Shown: positions 26,803 to 32,383 of the stretch, in pieces
Position numbering within the stretch: position 1 is the first letter of the stretch
How the letters are laid out: each line of letters opens with the position of its first letter
NCBI GenBank assembly: GCA_040882375.1
Contig: JBBEBK010000054.1
Location: forward strand, 1 to 32,383
Origin: Chloroflexota bacterium
Lineage (GTDB): Bacteria > Chloroflexota > Limnocylindria > QHBO01
Reading direction: 5' to 3'
DNA length: 32,383 nt
Program-made: the position numbers and the translations under genes
The notes under the pieces: generated by a model
Databases searched by the model: none
The model's input: the letters and a program-made list of their open reading frames with translations, nothing else
Told to the model about the DNA's origin: nothing

Positions 26803-27795
26803 TTGACTGAGCCGCGCCCCCTGTCGCTCATGGGTCGGCGTGTGCTCGTCACCGGCGGTGCCGGGTTCATCGGGAGTCACCTTGTCGAGCGAATCGCGCG
26901 CGACCGGCCGCGCCGCCTGGTCGTCGTCGACAACCTCTTCCTCGGCTCCGAGGCGAACCTGGCCGATGCGCGCCGCCTCGATCCCGAACTGAAGCTCTAC
27001 GCCCAGGATGCGGCCGACTACGACGCGCTGGGGGCGATCATCGCGGCTGAGAGGGTCGACATCGTCTTCAACCTCGCGATCGTGCCGCTCCCCGCCTCGC
27101 TGGTGAACCCGCGCTGGACGGTCGACCACAACATCGCGCTGACCACCGTGCCCTGCGAGCTGCAGCGCCAGGGCTACTTTGAGACGCTCGTCCACTTCTC
27201 TTCGTCGGAGGCGTACGGATCAGCGGCCTATGTGCCGATGGATGAGAGCCATCCCTCGATGCCGTCCACGCCCTACGCGGCGAGCAAGGTGGCCGGCGAC
27301 TACATCGTGCTCTCGTACCGCGAGACATACGGCATCGACGCCACCATTGTCCGGCCCTTCAACAACTTTGGACCGCGACAGAATGCCGGTGCCTACGCCG
27401 GGATCATCCCGATCGTCGTCGGCCGCGCCCTCCGCGACGAGCCGATCGTGATCTACGGCGACGGGGAGCAGACGCGCGACTTCGTCTTCGTCCGGGACAC
27501 GGCCGATGCGGCGGTTCGCATATACGAGGAGCCGGCCACTCGCGGAAGGATCATCAACGTGGCGAGCGGGCGCGAGACATCGGTCAACGTGCTCGTCCGG
27601 GAGCTTCTCGCCGCCCTCGACTGCGACGTGCCGGTCGTGCACGAGGCGGCTCGAGCCGGTGACGTTCGGCGCCACTGCGGAGCGATCGAGCTGGCCCGCG
27701 AGCTGATCGGCTTCGCGCCGCGCACGAACCTCCGCGAGGGCCTGGCCGAGACCGTTGCCTGGTACCGCAGCCAGCTGGCCGCATCGGCCCCGTAA
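26803..27795 (+). CDS. NAD-dependent sugar epimerase/dehydratase (extended SDR)
   Basis: VLVTGGAGFIGSHL, SSSEAYG, PYAASK (YxxxK), RPFNNFGPRQ, GDGEQTRDFVFV. Start TTG 26803 (GGAG 7 nt upstream) or ATG 26830. Confidence 0.9.
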   Translation: MTEPRPLSLMGRRVLVTGGAGFIGSHLVERIARDRPRRLVVVDNLFLGSEANLADARRLDPELKLYAQDAADYDALGAIIAAERVDIVFNLAIVPLPASLVNPRWTVDHNIALTTVPCELQRQGYFETLVHFSSSEAYGSAAYVPMDESHPSMPSTPYAASKVAGDYIVLSYRETYGIDATIVRPFNNFGPRQNAGAYAGIIPIVVGRALRDEPIVIYGDGEQTRDFVFVRDTADAAVRIYEEPATRGRIINVASGRETSVNVLVRELLAALDCDVPVVHEAARAGDVRRHCGAIELARELIGFAPRTNLREGLAETVAWYRSQLAASAP

Positions 27796-27805
27796 CATCG
27801 CCTGG

Positions 27806-28606
27806 TCAGGCGAACAGCGCCTCCAGTTGCTCCCGTTCGGGGTAGTTGATCAGGACACCACGCTCCGGACCGCGGAAGACGAAGATGCTCCCCGCGGCCA
27901 CCGCCGACGCGCCCGCCTCGCGGATAGGTATCGGGAGATGGGCCCGTTCGCCGGCGCCGCCGCAGGCGATGACCGGTACGTTGACGGCCTCGCTCACTGT
28001 GCGTATCAGCTCCAGGTCGTAGCCTTCCATGGTTCCGTCGCGGTCGATTGAGACGACCAGGATTTCTCCCGCGCCAAAGCTGGCTGCGCGCTGCGCGTAG
28101 CTCGCCGGGTCGGTGCCGACGGCACGTCCGCCGCATTCAACGAACACCTCAAAGCCGGCCGCGGTTCGGCGCACGTCGACTGAGACGACCACGGCCTGTG
28201 CTCCGTAGACTTCCGCCGCGGCGGTGATCAGTTCCGGTTGGTCATGGGCGACCGTGCCGAGAACCACCTTCTCGACGCCCGAGCTGAGAACAGTCCGTAC
28301 GTCCTCGATGTTCCGGATGCCGCCACCGTAGGCGAGCGGAACCCAGCACTCCGCGGCCAGGCGTTCGATCAGCTCGAATGGCGGCGGATCGCCGCGCCTG
28401 GTCGCGCCGATATCGAGGAGCGTGATCTCGTCCACCTCGAAGCGGTTGAAGAGGTTGATCACGTTGATTGGATCGCCCAGGTAGCGTGGAGACGAGAAAC
28501 GCACCGTCTTCACCATGGCCTCGTCGTCCACGAGGAGACACGGGATGACGCGGGGAATCGGCACCCCCTCGGGGAGGTCGGCTCCGGGGGACATTGGCTC
28601 AGCCAT
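27806..28606 (-). CDS. HisF-like cyclase paralog (WbuZ/AglZ type, acetamidino modification), 266 aa
   Basis: RVIPCLL, VKTVRF..YLGDPINVINLFN..VDEI, ECWVPLAYGGGI, GAGEI..SIDRDGT, PVIACGGAG, AAGSIFVF..VLINYP. These are WbuZ-type rather than canonical HisF motifs. Confidence 0.85.
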   Translation of the reverse strand: MAEPMSPGADLPEGVPIPRVIPCLLVDDEAMVKTVRFSSPRYLGDPINVINLFNRFEVDEITLLDIGATRRGDPPPFELIERLAAECWVPLAYGGGIRNIEDVRTVLSSGVEKVVLGTVAHDQPELITAAAEVYGAQAVVVSVDVRRTAAGFEVFVECGGRAVGTDPASYAQRAASFGAGEILVVSIDRDGTMEGYDLELIRTVSEAVNVPVIACGGAGERAHLPIPIREAGASAVAAGSIFVFRGPERGVLINYPEREQLEALFA

Positions 28607-29228
28607 CGGCAAGGCCGGCGAGGAAGTTGCGAAATACCTGGAGTCCGAAGCGATGGCTCTTCTCCGGATGGAACTGGATGCCGCTGATGTTTCCCCGATG
28701 GACCGCCGAGACGAACGGATGGCCGTACCGCGTCATGCCGGCGACGTCCGCCTGGTCGTCGCAGACGAGATGATACGAATGCGCGAAGTAGAAGCGTGGG
28801 CTTGCGCCCAGCTCGGCGAAGAGGGCGCCGCTGTCGGTCGGGCGAACGTAGTTCCAGCCCATGTGCGGAATGCGCAGGGGCGGCCCGTCATCGTCGGGCT
28901 GGAAGCGGATGGCGCGACCGGCGATCCAGCCGAGGCCCGGAAGCCGGCCCTCCTCGCTCCCCGCGCCGAGCAGCGCCATCCCCAGGCAGACCCCCAGGAT
29001 CGGGACGCGCTCGTCAAGTGCCTTGTGGTTGAGCACCTCGATCAGCCCAAGGTCCACCAGACTCTGCATCGCCGCGTCGAAGGCTCCAACGCCGGGCAGG
29101 ATGATGCGATCGGCGGTCGCGATCTCGCCGGCATCCGCGGTGATGCGGGCGGCGGTGCCGAGCCGCTTCAGCATGTTCGGGATCGCCCCGAGGTTGCCGA
29201 TCCCTGCGTTGACGACCACGACGCTCAT
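28599..29228 (-). CDS. HisH-like class I glutamine amidotransferase (WbuY type), 209 aa
   Basis: GIGNL, ILPGVGAF, GVCLG (nucleophile), PHMGWN, FYFAHSY, GIQFHPEKS. Start ATG 29228. Confidence 0.88.
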   Translation of the reverse strand: MSVVVVNAGIGNLGAIPNMLKRLGTAARITADAGEIATADRIILPGVGAFDAAMQSLVDLGLIEVLNHKALDERVPILGVCLGMALLGAGSEEGRLPGLGWIAGRAIRFQPDDDGPPLRIPHMGWNYVRPTDSGALFAELGASPRFYFAHSYHLVCDDQADVAGMTRYGHPFVSAVHRGNISGIQFHPEKSHRFGLQVFRNFLAGLADG

Positions 29229-29261
29229 GCCCTCACCCCGCCGGTGCCGCATGCCGACGCC

Positions 29262-30671
29262 TCAGCGCCCGCGGGCCATCAGCACGCTCGGCATGGTGCG
29301 GAGCAGGATGCTCAGGTCGAGCCACAGGGTCCATCGGTCGATGTAGCTCAGATCGAGCTCGACCCAGCGGTCAAAGCTCGCCTCGTTGCGCGATTGGACC
29401 TGCCAGAGCCCGGTGATGCCGGGCTTCATGCTGAGCCGTCGGCGGTGCCAGATGTCGTACTGCACCACCTCGGATGGAAGCGGTGGTCGCGGGCCGACCA
29501 GGCTCATCTCGCCACGCAGCACGTTCCACAACTGCGGCAGTTCGTCGATGCTCGTCCGGCGCAAGGTTCGTCCCAACCGACTCAGCCGTGGGTCGTCGGT
29601 AGCCTTGAACGCCGCGCCGGAGCGCTCGTTGAGATGCGCCACCTCGTGCAGCCGCGCCTCGGCATCGGGCTGCATGGACCGGAACTTGACGATGGTGAAG
29701 GGTCGTCCGTGCAGGCCAATGCGCGTCTGCCGGAAGAGGATGGGGGACCCGTCCCGCAGACGGATCGCGAGCGCGGCGACCAGCAGCACAGGGCTGAGGA
29801 TGACCAGCCCCACAACGGCCCCCACGATGTCGATGAGGCGCTTGACGACGAGTCCCGCCTCGCGATGTCCGTCGTGGACCAGCGACCGAATGAGGAGGCC
29901 TTCGAACTCCTCCTCGCGCGCGTTCAGAATCGAGCCGGCGTGGGGGTCGACCGGGATTCGGACCGTCTTGCCCTCGTCGGCGGCCACGGCGGCAATCGAT
30001 TCCAGGTACCCGACAGACTCCGGTGCGAGACATGCCGCAACTTCGTCAACGACGTTGTTGTGAAAGATCTCCTCGATGTCGGCCATCGCGCCCAGGACCG
30101 GGCGGGTCACCACCCGGCTCTCCTCGCCCGGCACCGCCAGATGGCCGATGACGTGGATTCCGAGGCCCGGGTTGGCCTCCACCAGGTCACCAAATGCCTG
30201 TGCCAGCCGTCCGGTGCCGACCACCAGCATGAAGCGGGTGTTGTAACCGCGCCGGCGGAGATGGCTGAAGGCGAAGCGCAGGATGCCGCGCTCAGCAAAG
30301 GTCACGATCGGCTGCACCACGAAGATCGCGAGCAGGAAGAGCCGGCTGACGTCGTCCCGGTGAATCACGAACAGGGACGCGAGCGTGATCGCGGCGTAGA
30401 TGACGGTCGAGCGAGCGATGTCCTTCGCCTCGGTCCGCAGTTGTAGGCGGACCCTCAGGCGATACAGCCCGTGGTACCACAGGGTGACCACCCAGCCGAT
30501 ACCGAAGAGGATGGCCGCGAGGCGGATATCGATGCCGGTGCGCTGCCAGAAGGCCATCCACGCCCCTTCACCGAACCGGATGAAGGAGATGATCAGGAAG
30601 ACCGCTGCCGCGCTGACGCCGTCGCCGAGCATGAGCGCGAGCCGCAGCGTCATGAGGTGTCGTCGGATCAT
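29262..30671 (-). CDS. Polyprenyl-phosphate glycosylphosphotransferase (WcaJ/WbaP-like priming transferase), 469 aa
   Basis: Four N-terminal TMs, Rossmann-like LVVGTG segment, then [48 protein letters not shown]. Start ATG 30671 (alternative GTG 30716). Confidence 0.92.
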   Translation of the reverse strand: MIRRHLMTLRLALMLGDGVSAAAVFLIISFIRFGEGAWMAFWQRTGIDIRLAAILFGIGWVVTLWYHGLYRLRVRLQLRTEAKDIARSTVIYAAITLASLFVIHRDDVSRLFLLAIFVVQPIVTFAERGILRFAFSHLRRRGYNTRFMLVVGTGRLAQAFGDLVEANPGLGIHVIGHLAVPGEESRVVTRPVLGAMADIEEIFHNNVVDEVAACLAPESVGYLESIAAVAADEGKTVRIPVDPHAGSILNAREEEFEGLLIRSLVHDGHREAGLVVKRLIDIVGAVVGLVILSPVLLVAALAIRLRDGSPILFRQTRIGLHGRPFTIVKFRSMQPDAEARLHEVAHLNERSGAAFKATDDPRLSRLGRTLRRTSIDELPQLWNVLRGEMSLVGPRPPLPSEVVQYDIWHRRRLSMKPGITGLWQVQSRNEASFDRWVELDLSYIDRWTLWLDLSILLRTMPSVLMARGR

Positions 30672-30795
30672 CCTTGTTACCGCACTCCCCGAGATGCTGG
30701 TGCCCAATGTGCCCACGGTCGGACATCCGGGAGCACTCTAGGGAGTATGGGACCTTCGATCAACCTGATCCAGCGCCCGAGGCTATGCTGCGCCC

Positions 30796-32383
<1,588 letters not shown>

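Noticed and set aside
27806-29228. hisH/hisF as histidine biosynthesis genes
   Set aside because: No other his genes. WbuZ-type motifs and proximity to a WbuX-family amidotransferase indicate glycan modification paralogs.

Overview
A very GC-rich, densely coding bacterial chromosomal segment. The gene repertoire (LCP proteins, DUF3048, GSI-alpha, YabN-like MazG, many apparently leaderless genes) suggests a monoderm, possibly Chloroflexota; this is inference, not a direct observation. Most of the window is a dispersed cell-surface glycan locus. It holds a polyprenol-P-mannose synthase, three GT4s plus a GT-B-like protein, two phosphoglycosyl (priming) transferases, an O-antigen ligase/Wzy-like protein, a Wzx flippase and two paralogous LCP glycopolymer transferases. 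Sugar-modifying genes include a DegT aminotransferase, an LbH acetyltransferase, an SDR epimerase, an AsnB-like amidotransferase, a WbuX/HisH/HisF-type acetamidino module and gmd-fcl. Interspersed are a three-parvulin foldase, MazG, tRNA-Pro(TGG), a membrane diguanylate cyclase, a DUF3048 protein, a Cys/Met PLP enzyme, a PucR-family regulator and glutamine synthetase. The most notable signals are: a perfect 17-bp PucR-type operator upstream of glnA, a nested parvulin-in-parvulin architecture, twin multi-TM LCPs sharing an RxD->LTD change around a DGC/DUF3048 pair, and a repeat-plus-structured intergenic element between glnA and asnB. No mobile element, CRISPR array or rRNA was found.
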